Source: an uncultured Nitrospinota bacterium
GTDB lineage: Bacteria; Tectomicrobia; Entotheonellia; J063; CAVPRW01
Assembly (NCBI GenBank): GCA_963707985.1
Contig: CAVPRW010000037.1
Span: 96,001 to 160,000 of the forward strand
Reading direction: 5' to 3'
Length of the DNA: 64,000 nucleotides
How positions within the stretch are numbered: position 1 is the stretch's first letter; every line of letters begins with the position of its first letter. Made by a program: the position numbers and the translations under genes. This document shows, one piece after another, positions 55,842 through 64,000 of the stretch. The notes beneath the pieces are model-generated. The model was not told the origin of the DNA, did not search any database, and was given only the letters and a program-made list of their open reading frames with translations.

Positions 55842-56738
55842 TTAGGCTGGACGACACAGCTTGCAAGGGCGATAGCCAGCCTGCCGAGCCTCGTGCGCCG
55901 AGGTGAAGTAGACGGTGTGCTGCGCCTTCGCCCGTTTGCGCGAGTAACAGGTCGGCAGGCAAAAGATATGTGTGTTGCGGCTGCCACGGAAGCGCTTACC
56001 CAGATGGTTCAGGGTCTTGAGCTCCGGCAAGTCCACCCCCTCGAACGCCAGGATACGCGCCTTCATGTCGGTACCCCCGGCCGAATAGGCCCCCAGCGCG
56101 CCTTCGCTGCGGATGACGCGATGGCACGGGATCAACAGCGGGATCGGATTTTTCCCGAGTGCGGTGCCCACAGCGCGCACGGCCTTGGGAAAGCCAATCT
56201 CGCGCGCCACCCAGGTGTAGGGACGGACTTCGCCGCGCGGAATGTGACGAATTTTCTCCAAGACCTGCCGTTGGAACGGTGTCAGCCCAACAAGATCGAC
56301 AGCCCCCTTGAAGGCACGGCGACCTCCAAGATGATTATCTACCACGGTCACGAGCCACGCCGGCGGCTCGGTCTCTCGACTCAGACGTAGGCCGTAGCGC
56401 ACCACGCCTTGCTGTTCAAACGTCGCATCGTCGCTGGCCAGACTCACGCCACAGATTACCCGGCCACGATAAGCAATGTGAAGCCGCCCGATGGCGGTAT
56501 CCAACACGGCGTAGTGGCCCGCTACGGACTCTGCAACACCCTCCGACCGTATCAGGCGTTGGCGCAGGCTGGCCTGAAAGCCCGGATCGATCATCGTGGG
56601 TGACGCTGTTTGTCGTAAACGATGCGCTACATCGAGCAGGGGATCATCACTACTCCTCACCAGCGGCAGGCTCCCCTGCTTGAGCAGGCGGTCGACTGCG
56701 GCGGCAAACATTTCGGCTGCGCTCCGTTCACGGCTCAT
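55842..56738 (-). CDS. Fusion of anti-sigma-like N-terminus, O6-alkylguanine alkyltransferase and C-terminal Ada Zn-binding domain
   Basis: N-terminal DPGFQASLRQRL helix. PCHRV. IFCLPTC...RPCKLC. Start overlaps the ECF stop. Confidence 0.85.
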   Translation of the reverse strand: MSRERSAAEMFAAAVDRLLKQGSLPLVRSSDDPLLDVAHRLRQTASPTMIDPGFQASLRQRLIRSEGVAESVAGHYAVLDTAIGRLHIAYRGRVICGVSLASDDATFEQQGVVRYGLRLSRETEPPAWLVTVVDNHLGGRRAFKGAVDLVGLTPFQRQVLEKIRHIPRGEVRPYTWVAREIGFPKAVRAVGTALGKNPIPLLIPCHRVIRSEGALGAYSAGGTDMKARILAFEGVDLPELKTLNHLGKRFRGSRNTHIFCLPTCYSRKRAKAQHTVYFTSAHEARQAGYRPCKLCRPA

Positions 56739-57309
56739 CGGCAAATCCTCTGTGCTGTAATCGCTGCCGTAAATGCTTTACGGCCCGGAACAGCAACTGC
56801 TTCACCGCCCCTTCCGTCCGTCCCAGGGCAGTGGCGATATCACGAATGCTCATGTCGCGAGCAAAGCGATGCACCAAGACCTGTCGTTCGGCCATGGGCA
56901 AAGTGGAGACCTCGTGCCATAACGTGCTCGCCGTCTGACGGGCGGCGTATTGCTCTTCCAGGGATGGGTCGGACGTAGCCATCGCCGTCTCGTCCTCCGC
57001 CCACTCGCCCAGCGAGACTTGGCGTTGCGCCTCGCCCTGATGATCATGGATGAGATTGGCGGCGATGCGCATCAACCATCCGCCAAAGGGGATGCCGCGC
57101 CACTCGAAGCGCGGCAACTGCTCCAGTGCACGGAAGAACACGCGGGCCGTGATATCCTCGGCGGACGTATGGTCCTTGACCCGACGATAGGTGAATCGAT
57201 ACACCTGTTCGACATAGCGATCGTAGAGGCATCCGAACGCCTCGCGGTCGCGTTTGGCACGGGCCACCAGGGCCTCGTCGCTGTCGGTGAGAGGAGTCGG
57301 AGAATCCAT
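56728..57309 (-). CDS. ECF sigma factor (BldN/SigD-like)
   Basis: Region 2 AEDIT..F.RAL..WL.RIA.N. Region 4 IATALGRTEGAVKQLLFRA. Confidence 0.92.
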   Translation of the reverse strand: MDSPTPLTDSDEALVARAKRDREAFGCLYDRYVEQVYRFTYRRVKDHTSAEDITARVFFRALEQLPRFEWRGIPFGGWLMRIAANLIHDHQGEAQRQVSLGEWAEDETAMATSDPSLEEQYAARQTASTLWHEVSTLPMAERQVLVHRFARDMSIRDIATALGRTEGAVKQLLFRAVKHLRQRLQHRGFADEP

Positions 57310-57359
57310 CACATTTGCTCCAGGGCCGGTCCCACGCACACCTTGATAGATGGCGCTGC

Positions 57360-57827
57360 CTACGTCCTGCTTCCGGGTGTCGACGAGCGCTCGAGCACGA
57401 GCAGCGTTGCCGTGACGACGGCCATCACCCGACCCTGCTCATCCCGGACGGTAGTCTGCATGACCATGCTGGTGCGCCCCCGATGCAGGGGAACCGCCTC
57501 AGCGATCAGCTTGCCGGTGTTGGTATTGCGTATCAAATTGGCGCTCAGCTGGATCGTCAACGGGAACTTTGCCGGGTCCCACGTGCCGTCAGGTATGACG
57601 CTGGCCAGACTACACGCCGTTGCCGTCTCATCGGCCAGGCTGAGGATGACGCCGCCATGAAACAGCCCCGTGAGCTGGGCCAGGTCGGGTCGGAAGGCCA
57701 GTTCGGCCACAGCGCGCTCAGCGCTAACTTCGACAAAACGCGTGCCGCGGGCCTCGACATTCGTGCCTTTGGCGCGTTCATTGAGGCGTTCCGCGGCAAT
57801 TTTAGGGTCAATCGGATCACCGGCCAT
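57360..57827 (-). CDS. PaaI-family hotdog thioesterase
   Basis: HGGVILSLAD and HRGRT. Confidence 0.88.
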   Translation of the reverse strand: MAGDPIDPKIAAERLNERAKGTNVEARGTRFVEVSAERAVAELAFRPDLAQLTGLFHGGVILSLADETATACSLASVIPDGTWDPAKFPLTIQLSANLIRNTNTGKLIAEAVPLHRGRTSMVMQTTVRDEQGRVMAVVTATLLVLERSSTPGSRT

Positions 57828-57858
57828 GGGTATCCTCTTCTGGGTGTGATCAAACCTG

Positions 57859-57910
57859 CACAGGAGATAACCTTCACAGGAGATAACAGCGAACATGCCG
57901 AAACGTTACG
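57859..57910 (-). promoter_or_regulatory. Candidate ECF promoter with 13-bp direct repeat
   Basis: Minus strand CGTAAC-N16-TGTTAT. CACAGGAGATAAC repeated at 57859 and 57875. Confidence 0.5.
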
Positions 57911-57937
57911 CGGATGGCAGGAGGATTATTGTGGCGT

Positions 57938-58645
57938 TTACGCAGCGTTGTGAAAAATAATCCCGAGGGCATAGCGTCGACCGGACCTGATACGGCTCAC
58001 GCCATGGCGCATCTGCAGGCGGTAATAACCTCGAGCCCCAGCAGCTGGCCGGTCACGGGTGGCAAAGATGATGATCTCGCCCTGCTCGGTCGTGATCGCT
58101 TCTCCGCGCGATTGCGCCCGTGGACGTTGCTCGACGAGAAGAAACTCGCCACCAGTGTAATCGATCTCACGTCGACTCAGAAAACAGGTGAGCTGGAGGG
58201 GAAAGGCGATCTCACCGTAGAGGTCTTGATGCAGGCAATTGTATCCCCCCGTCTCGTAGCGCAGCAGCAAGGGTGTGGGTTTGGTTTGTTCGTGCTCCTG
58301 GCAGAGTGCCAAAAAGCTCGGGAGGTCGGCCGGGTAACGCTGTGGTTGCCTGAGGGCCGCCATCCAAGCATTGGCAATGGTGGCCAGCGGGGGATAGATC
58401 GACAGACGCAAGCCCTGCACCAGCGCCGGCAACGGCTCGGCAAAGTATTGGTATTCGCCGACCCCGAAGCGATGCCGTTCCATGTCGATGCGACGGCGAA
58501 ATCTGGTCTGATCCGTATACAGGCCAATCAGCTCCTCGCACTCCTCAGCCGTGAGCACGGCTGGGGTCTTGGCGTACCCCATGTCCCAGAGCCCCTGCTC
58601 GATGGCCTTCCAGTCAAGCCCCTGCAGCCGTTTGGCGATATTCAT
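57938..58645 (-). CDS. 2OG-Fe(II) oxygenase, Oxygenase-NA/DUF2086 family
   Basis: GEYQYF, KPTPLLL, LHQDLYG, EQRPRAQSR and RHGVS..GIIFH. Confidence 0.9.
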   Translation of the reverse strand: MNIAKRLQGLDWKAIEQGLWDMGYAKTPAVLTAEECEELIGLYTDQTRFRRRIDMERHRFGVGEYQYFAEPLPALVQGLRLSIYPPLATIANAWMAALRQPQRYPADLPSFLALCQEHEQTKPTPLLLRYETGGYNCLHQDLYGEIAFPLQLTCFLSRREIDYTGGEFLLVEQRPRAQSRGEAITTEQGEIIIFATRDRPAAGARGYYRLQMRHGVSRIRSGRRYALGIIFHNAA

Positions 58646-58893
58646 CTCCGTATCCCCTCTCGAAGCTCCAGTGCTGTGCTATGCCAACTGCGGCATCACG
58701 CTGGCAGCAAATAAGTGCATGGAGTGCAGCACCTGAACGAGCCGCAGCGTCTCAGTATACCGAATTTTCTCACCCTTGTGGGGAGACATTCGCGGTTTCC
58801 TGGGGCGACAGCCTCCCAAAATGATCAAAGTCCGGCTATAATGGGGATGATCAAGGAAGGGTGCAACCAGAGGTTCACGTGTCAGGGGAATAC

Positions 58894-59856
58894 ATGGCCA
58901 TGACAGGCAATATCGACCCTACAAACGCGGCCGACATGGGTGACCTACTCGATCTCAGCTCCATGCCTGAATCCCAGCGTGTCGCTTTCTACGGCTCCAT
59001 GCTTGCCGTCGCCGCAGCTGACGGCACCTTGGGACAGGACGAATTGGACTTGATTTTCCAGAACATCCATACCGATGGACTGTCGGAACATAGCCGAAAT
59101 ACGATCTGGGAGTATGTGATCGACACGCCAGAGTTGACCGACTGCCTGGCCAGCTTCACAACCAGTCGTGAGGACGTGCGATGTGCCGTCATGCTCTACT
59201 TGATCGAGATCGCGCTTGTTGATCGAATCCTCGCTGCCGGCGAGGATGAAGCTTTAGTCCAGGCCAGGACCTGCCTGCGCATCAGCCAAGAGCAGATCGA
59301 GGCCATAGAACACTATATTGCCAATGTCGGCTTGGTACGCGCCCGTCTGCGGGACTACCGCTGGGGGGCCACATCGTTGAAATCTCGATATGGCGTTTGG
59401 CTGGTTGCGGGTGTCAGTCTGTCTGCCATCGCCCTCTACCTCTCGAGTCTGATCGGCGGCGTCAGTCTGCTGGAAATGTTCTCGGGATTCCCCCGTCCTG
59501 GAGTCGGACGGGCGCTGGTGCTGGGTGCTGGCGTCACCGCCCTGATCGGCACGGCGGCTATTGTCACCGGCCGCTGGTTGTACTCCCGTTACCAGCGAAA
59601 CCACTTGGCGATCGCTGCTGAGCGGCGTCGGCGTGCGCAATCGTGCGTGCGCAATCTTCAGGATGCCGTCAGCTACCTCACGGCCAAGGCCAAGCTGCAT
59701 GCGATTTTCGAAGATCCCAGTGAGCCCGGCAATAATACATCTCTGCTGTTCGTGGAGCGCTTGTGGATGTTGCAGCAGATGCTCGCTCGCCGACAACCCA
59801 ACGCTCTGGCGGCTACGGCCTTGCCGCCAGAGGTCCCGCGCCTGTCCTCCCGCTAA
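58894..59856 (+). CDS. TerB-like domain membrane protein
   Basis: AVAAADG..E and IALVD..E TerB-like motifs. Two C-terminal hydrophobic helices. Confidence 0.65.
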   Translation: MAMTGNIDPTNAADMGDLLDLSSMPESQRVAFYGSMLAVAAADGTLGQDELDLIFQNIHTDGLSEHSRNTIWEYVIDTPELTDCLASFTTSREDVRCAVMLYLIEIALVDRILAAGEDEALVQARTCLRISQEQIEAIEHYIANVGLVRARLRDYRWGATSLKSRYGVWLVAGVSLSAIALYLSSLIGGVSLLEMFSGFPRPGVGRALVLGAGVTALIGTAAIVTGRWLYSRYQRNHLAIAAERRRRAQSCVRNLQDAVSYLTAKAKLHAIFEDPSEPGNNTSLLFVERLWMLQQMLARRQPNALAATALPPEVPRLSSR

Positions 59857-60012
59857 ATCAGTATTGTACGGTATGTGAGGTCCACTGGTTGGCTTTCTCT
59901 CTCCCAGCGCGCACTGTCGACTGAGGAGGCTTGGGGAAGGGTGTAATCGTTGCGGCATCAGTGCTGTGTGGTCCTCATCATTGCCTCTTGAGGACCGATG
60001 GCATCTAAGGCG

Positions 60013-60246
60013 TTATTCCCTGAAACGGGGCTCCCGCACCCGTTTGAATATCAGTACCGTACTGACGAGGCTGGGAACATGGACTGTGGTCGAGCCGACT
60101 TGGGTCGCTTCATGTTGGCGTTGAAAACCGGTTATCAGTTCCCACCCCTCCTCGGCGTGCTGAAGGAGGACGTTTTCCAAATATGTTGACCACGCCTCGT
60201 CGTGAGGACTCAGGTCGAGAACCTTGTATGGTAGAGTGGTAGTCAT
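60013..60246 (-). CDS. DUF4177-like small protein
   Basis: YKV, EEGWEL and LIFKR motifs. RBS GAGGAG. Confidence 0.65.
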   Translation of the reverse strand: MTTTLPYKVLDLSPHDEAWSTYLENVLLQHAEEGWELITGFQRQHEATQVGSTTVHVPSLVSTVLIFKRVREPRFRE

Positions 60247-60462
60247 CAAGCTCTCCTCGATCTAGGTACGCCATGGGTATGCCAGTGGAGGTTAATATGT
60301 ACCCCCAATGGGGGGCCCTCACGCCCCAGGCAGGGCGGTCTACGCGCCCGACCCTCCTGCGGGAGCCCCACGCACTTGGGGTTTTTGTCTGCTAGAGGTA
60401 CGGACGGGCCGCGGCGGCCGTTCTAGGCCCCCGCGGGTAAGCGCCTAATACTCCCGTACCGC

Positions 60463-60702
60463 TTACTGCGTCGCTTTACACTCCGTCTTGCCTTCTTTGG
60501 CCTCACAATCGACCTTCGCACCAGGCTTCCAGCCTTCCCCTCTGACTCTGTACTCTTTGCCATCCTCCGTCTTCACCGTCGCCATGCCTTGGTTATCCAC
60601 GGATGTGACGGTGCCCTTCATCCCCCCCGCGGTGGCCAGGGTAGTACTCAGCAGCAGGCCCGCAAAAGCCATCGCGACCGTCTTCGTTACTGTACGAATC
60701 AT
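60463..60702 (-). CDS. Small secreted OB-fold-like protein
   Basis: Signal peptide, KGTVTSVD, and a Cys pair. Confidence 0.7.
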   Translation of the reverse strand: MIRTVTKTVAMAFAGLLLSTTLATAGGMKGTVTSVDNQGMATVKTEDGKEYRVRGEGWKPGAKVDCEAKEGKTECKATQ

Positions 60703-60775
60703 GCGTCTCTCCTCTTCTGAAGTGATCAGACGCCTCATAGTCCCGTAATGGATCCTGCTTCGGAACGCTTGCCGC

Positions 60776-60988
60776 CTATCGCGGGACGCGTTCGTACTCG
60801 CTGAAGCGCCGATCCAATTCCGCTTCAGCTTTCTCGCGTGTATAGCCGTAGCGCTCTTGCAGACGCCCGATCAACTTGTCCCGCTCGCCATCGATCCGGT
60901 CGAGATCATCATCCGTGAGGTCACCCCACCATTTCTTGACCTCCCCACGCATTTGCTTCCACTTCCCTTTCAAAATATCCGTGTTCAT
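60776..60988 (-). CDS. csbD: CsbD-family general stress protein
   Basis: KGKWKQ..WGDLTDDDL..LQERYG. Confidence 0.92.
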   Translation of the reverse strand: MNTDILKGKWKQMRGEVKKWWGDLTDDDLDRIDGERDKLIGRLQERYGYTREKAEAELDRRFSEYERVPR

Positions 60989-61102
60989 GGTCTATATCTC
61001 CTCTCTCAAGCCTTATGATCCAGGTAACGAGCGCCGCTCTCCCCAGGGACTGCCCCCCGCTGATGCCAGGGGCCCCAGGGCCGCGCTCAGCCCAGACGAG
61101 AG

Positions 61103-61118
61103 AGCAAGAGGTATGCCG
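61103..61118 (-). promoter_or_regulatory. Sigma54 -24/-12 promoter upstream of csbD
   Basis: Minus strand CGGCATACCTCTTGCT (GG-N10-GC), about 115 bp above the ATG. Confidence 0.55.
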
Positions 61119-61549
61119 CACCTCTCGAATGCGCTCTCCGCCCCGGCCTCTCCCGAGGTGTTAACCCGCGAGGAGAGCGGGACGCACAGGCCTTGACCAC
61201 CTCGTCTGGGGTCCGCATGGATGGGGTGTGACAGTGGCGGCCCCGGCTCGAAATTCTCTCTCAAAGTGAGACAACCCTCTCATTTCAACACCTCGTAATG
61301 GGCAGGGCTCAGACCAGGGGTATCAATCGAAGAAAAAACACGGACCGACAGGAAGGCAATACAGACCATGGGTAGCCAAGGCGTTGGCTTGAGGGGTGGC
61401 AGGAAGGTAGGGCCGATTCCAGAAACCGATGGTCTGGATCGCCAGGCGAGTGAGGGGAGGGTCATGCCAGCACGGAAGATCTGAACATCGCCTTCGCTGG
61501 CATTCGTACATTTGATTTCAGCGACAGGATCAGTGCTGGGTGTGTGACG

Positions 61550-64000
61550 CTAACGACGCAGGAGATCCCGAAGCATTTTCTCCGGCCAGCGTGGTCGTCG
61601 GGGCTGCTCACCAGTCTCTGGCCCGGTCTTATCCGACTCCTGGCTCGGCTGTTCCGGTGCGGGAGGTTGGCCGAGGAACTCGTCGATCTTGCCGCCCAGG
61701 CGCTTTCTCAGTGTATCCAGCAGCTCCTCCTGGGCTCGGCCCATGAGTGCCTTCTCATCGACCAAGAGGCGTGGAGCGCCCAGCGTACCCTGCACCGTGA
61801 AAGGCAGCATGAGGCGGCCGGCATCATCCTGGCGCAGGAGCAGTGGCACACCCCGCCGGCCGGTGACCTTGGCAGGCAGATACAGGGTGCCCGTATACTC
61901 GATGGTTTGATCCAGTCCCACGTGGCCGCTTAACAGCGCCTCCACACCTTCCCGTCGCAGCCGCAGGTGATCGGTTAGGAACTTCCCTTGCTGCAGGCGC
62001 CAATCCCCTTCGATGGTGCGCCACGAGCCCTGCTCCCAACCGCTGGGCAGCGTGAATCCAACCAGTCCACCCATGTTCTGGAGCACGGGCGCGAGCTTCG
62101 AAAAAAGGTCGAAGTGCGTCAGTTGGGCCTCGGTGAGCTTGACGTGGCCATCGCCACTGAGCGTGTTCTTGACGACCTCCCAGGTCACTCCCCGACCGGA
62201 CAGGCGCATGTCGGTATCGATCACCCCCAGCAGCGTGTTCTTGGCGGGTGTCAAATCGTCCAGGGCCGGCCCGATATGCAGGCCCGCGACCTTGGTATCG
62301 AGGCTGTAGGATGGCTCCGGCTGCATCAGGTCGACCTGCGTGGTCCCCTGAGAGGAACCGCCATACAGCTTCATCTGGTGTGTCGTCTTGAGAACCCCCT
62401 TGGCGAGGCTGAAGTCGGCCGTCAACTGCTGAAAATTCAACTGTTGCACGCGCCCTTCAGCCACCTGCACCCGCCCAGTCAGGGTCACCGGGTACGGCAG
62501 AGGCCGCGGTGGCGCATTCTGCGCCGGTGGTTTAGGCTGCGGATCTGGTACAGGTGCAGGAGTACGGGCGGGAGCTGGTGTGTCTGGCGCGTCTGGCCGT
62601 TGCCGATCGAACACCAGCCGTTGCGCCTGCACATCGACCTCTAGCCGCGGTGGCTCGGCCTTAACCAGCTGCGTCGCCACGCTAGCCTCCGCCTTATCGG
62701 TCTCGAACAGCATCCCACCGCCTGCCGCTGACCCGCCGCTGAACGAACCGCTTTTCACCACGATCTCCTGTAGATCGATCTGCGCTTCAGACCGTAAGTC
62801 GTCAGGCACACCTGTAAGCGTGGCCAGGAGACGGACCTGCCCACGTACGTCGATCGGCGTCGGCAACTTCGAGGCCAACATGGGGAACCGGGTCAGCAAT
62901 GCCTTAGGTGAGAACGTATCCGTGGCGATCTGCAGGTCGAGTTGGGGCGTGGTGGTGAAGGTGTGCACCACACCCTTGACGGTCGCCCGGACACCGGCCA
63001 CGTTGATCTGAACGCTCGTCAGTCCAGCCCGTCCGTTTGGCAAGTCAAGGACGATGTCTTGGATGCTCGTCAGTGTCGGCAGTGCGGTTGGCGCATCGGC
63101 CATGATGCCCTCACGCAGCACGGCATCAGCCAGGGAGAAATGGCTGCCGACGCGTAGGTTGCTGGCCATGCTGCCCAGCAATATGATCTCTGCTTCCAGC
63201 CGTCCCTGGACAAGCGGAACGGTCCGGCCCAGATACGGTATGAGTTTGTCCAGACGCACATCGGTGGTTTTGAGCTGCAGCTCGATCGGCACGCTGTCGA
63301 GCGCCAGGCTCTCGGGGATGGGGCCGACACTGCCACGTAAGTGGACATTGCGGCTACCCTCGGTCAGCATGGTTGCGGTCATGTCGATGGGAATCGGCGA
63401 GCCCAGCGCCACATCGCGTAGCTCCAGCTGCACGTCGCTGGCCTCCGTGACGATCGCCTGTCCTGGGACGACCAGACGATCGACGAAGGTGATCGACATA
63501 TTCTGCAACGTCACTTCCGCGACGCGTAGTCCAGCCAGAGGTGTGGTTGCAGGCTGAGCCCCAGCGCTACTGGGTGAGCGTGGCACGTCTGTCGAGGCAG
63601 GCGTAGGGGTGGCTGGTGTGGCGCCGGTGGCGTCGGCAAGGTTCAGACGCCCTTGAGCATCGCGCTCGATGACGACTGCACCATCCTGCAAGATCATCTT
63701 GGTGATCTCGATGCGACGGTGCAGGAGTGGCCACCAGGCGACTTTGATCGACAGCATGGCGGCTTTCAAGGCGTAGGGCTGCTCCCATCCCGGAGGATTG
63801 TAGACGGTGACATCTTCCAGACCGGCGCCCAGGCCGCTCAGGATCTGCAAGCGCACCGCGCCGACGTCGACCTTGCGCTGCAGCGCCGCCTCGATGCGGC
63901 TGACGAGCTGATCTCTGACACGGTCCAGCGAGACGACATAGGGCAACAGCGCCACGATCAGCAGCGCACAGCCGACCAGCCCGAGCAGCCCCAGGAGTAG
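61550..64000 (-). CDS. AsmA family protein (5' end outside window)
   Basis: N-terminal TM, PLL.RRIEI, LYGG, and C-terminal PFTVQGTLGAP. Confidence 0.88.
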   Translation of the reverse strand, partial: LLLGLLGLVGCALLIVALLPYVVSLDRVRDQLVSRIEAALQRKVDVGAVRLQILSGLGAGLEDVTVYNPPGWEQPYALKAAMLSIKVAWWPLLHRRIEITKMILQDGAVVIERDAQGRLNLADATGATPATPTPASTDVPRSPSSAGAQPATTPLAGLRVAEVTLQNMSITFVDRLVVPGQAIVTEASDVQLELRDVALGSPIPIDMTATMLTEGSRNVHLRGSVGPIPESLALDSVPIELQLKTTDVRLDKLIPYLGRTVPLVQGRLEAEIILLGSMASNLRVGSHFSLADAVLREGIMADAPTALPTLTSIQDIVLDLPNGRAGLTSVQINVAGVRATVKGVVHTFTTTPQLDLQIATDTFSPKALLTRFPMLASKLPTPIDVRGQVRLLATLTGVPDDLRSEAQIDLQEIVVKSGSFSGGSAAGGGMLFETDKAEASVATQLVKAEPPRLEVDVQAQRLVFDRQRPDAPDTPAPARTPAPVPDPQPKPPAQNAPPRPLPYPVTLTGRVQVAEGRVQQLNFQQLTADFSLAKGVLKTTHQMKLYGGSSQGTTQVDLMQPEPSYSLDTKVAGLHIGPALDDLTPAKNTLLGVIDTDMRLSGRGVTWEVVKNTLSGDGHVKLTEAQLTHFDLFSKLAPVLQNMGGLVGFTLPSGWEQGSWRTIEGDWRLQQGKFLTDHLRLRREGVEALLSGHVGLDQTIEYTGTLYLPAKVTGRRGVPLLLRQDDAGRLMLPFTVQGTLGAPRLLVDEKALMGRAQEELLDTLRKRLGGKIDEFLGQPPAPEQPSQESDKTGPETGEQPRRPRWPEKMLRDLLRR

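Noticed and set aside
57914..58714. 266-aa plus-strand ORF and similar long antisense ORFs (e.g. 12561-13388, 31927-32607, 49819-50604)
   Set aside because: Shadows of well-supported genes on the opposite strand in GC-rich DNA.
1..64000. CRISPR array, tRNA, rRNA or riboswitch
   Set aside because: No regularly spaced repeats or recognisable RNA gene signatures found by eye; a covariance-model scan would be needed to exclude them.

Overview
GC-rich bacterial chromosomal window. Gene content (DUF4058, DUF169, protoglobin/NIPSNAP, sigma54-STAND fusion) suggests a Tectomicrobia/Entotheonella-like organism; this is an inference. Ordinary content: a tolQ-tolR-tolA-tolB-pal-cpoB operon, egtB-egtD, sthA, many oxidoreductases, a Rieske oxygenase pair, csbD and asmA. 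Two decayed mobile-DNA patches lie at about 0-7.7 kb and 40-43.8 kb. Many conserved genes carry single-base frameshifts, most likely long-read indel errors. Main observations: (1) a BldN/SigD-like ECF sigma gene overlapping a gene for a soluble anti-sigma-like/O6-alkyltransferase/Ada-Zn fusion, with a second ogt, an Oxygenase-NA gene and a candidate ECF promoter, which may be an ECF-controlled alkylation response; (2) a HEPN cassette whose attC ends in G|AT exactly where a catalase C-terminal fragment begins, an apparent natural attG insertion; (3) four unrelated pseudogenes that appear to be decayed mostly by A:T to C:G transversions, a MutT-like signature; (4) a UGA-interrupted UxxC redoxin (probable selenoprotein) downstream of egtB-egtD. 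No rRNA, tRNA or CRISPR array was seen. All family calls come from motif recognition by eye; no searches were run.
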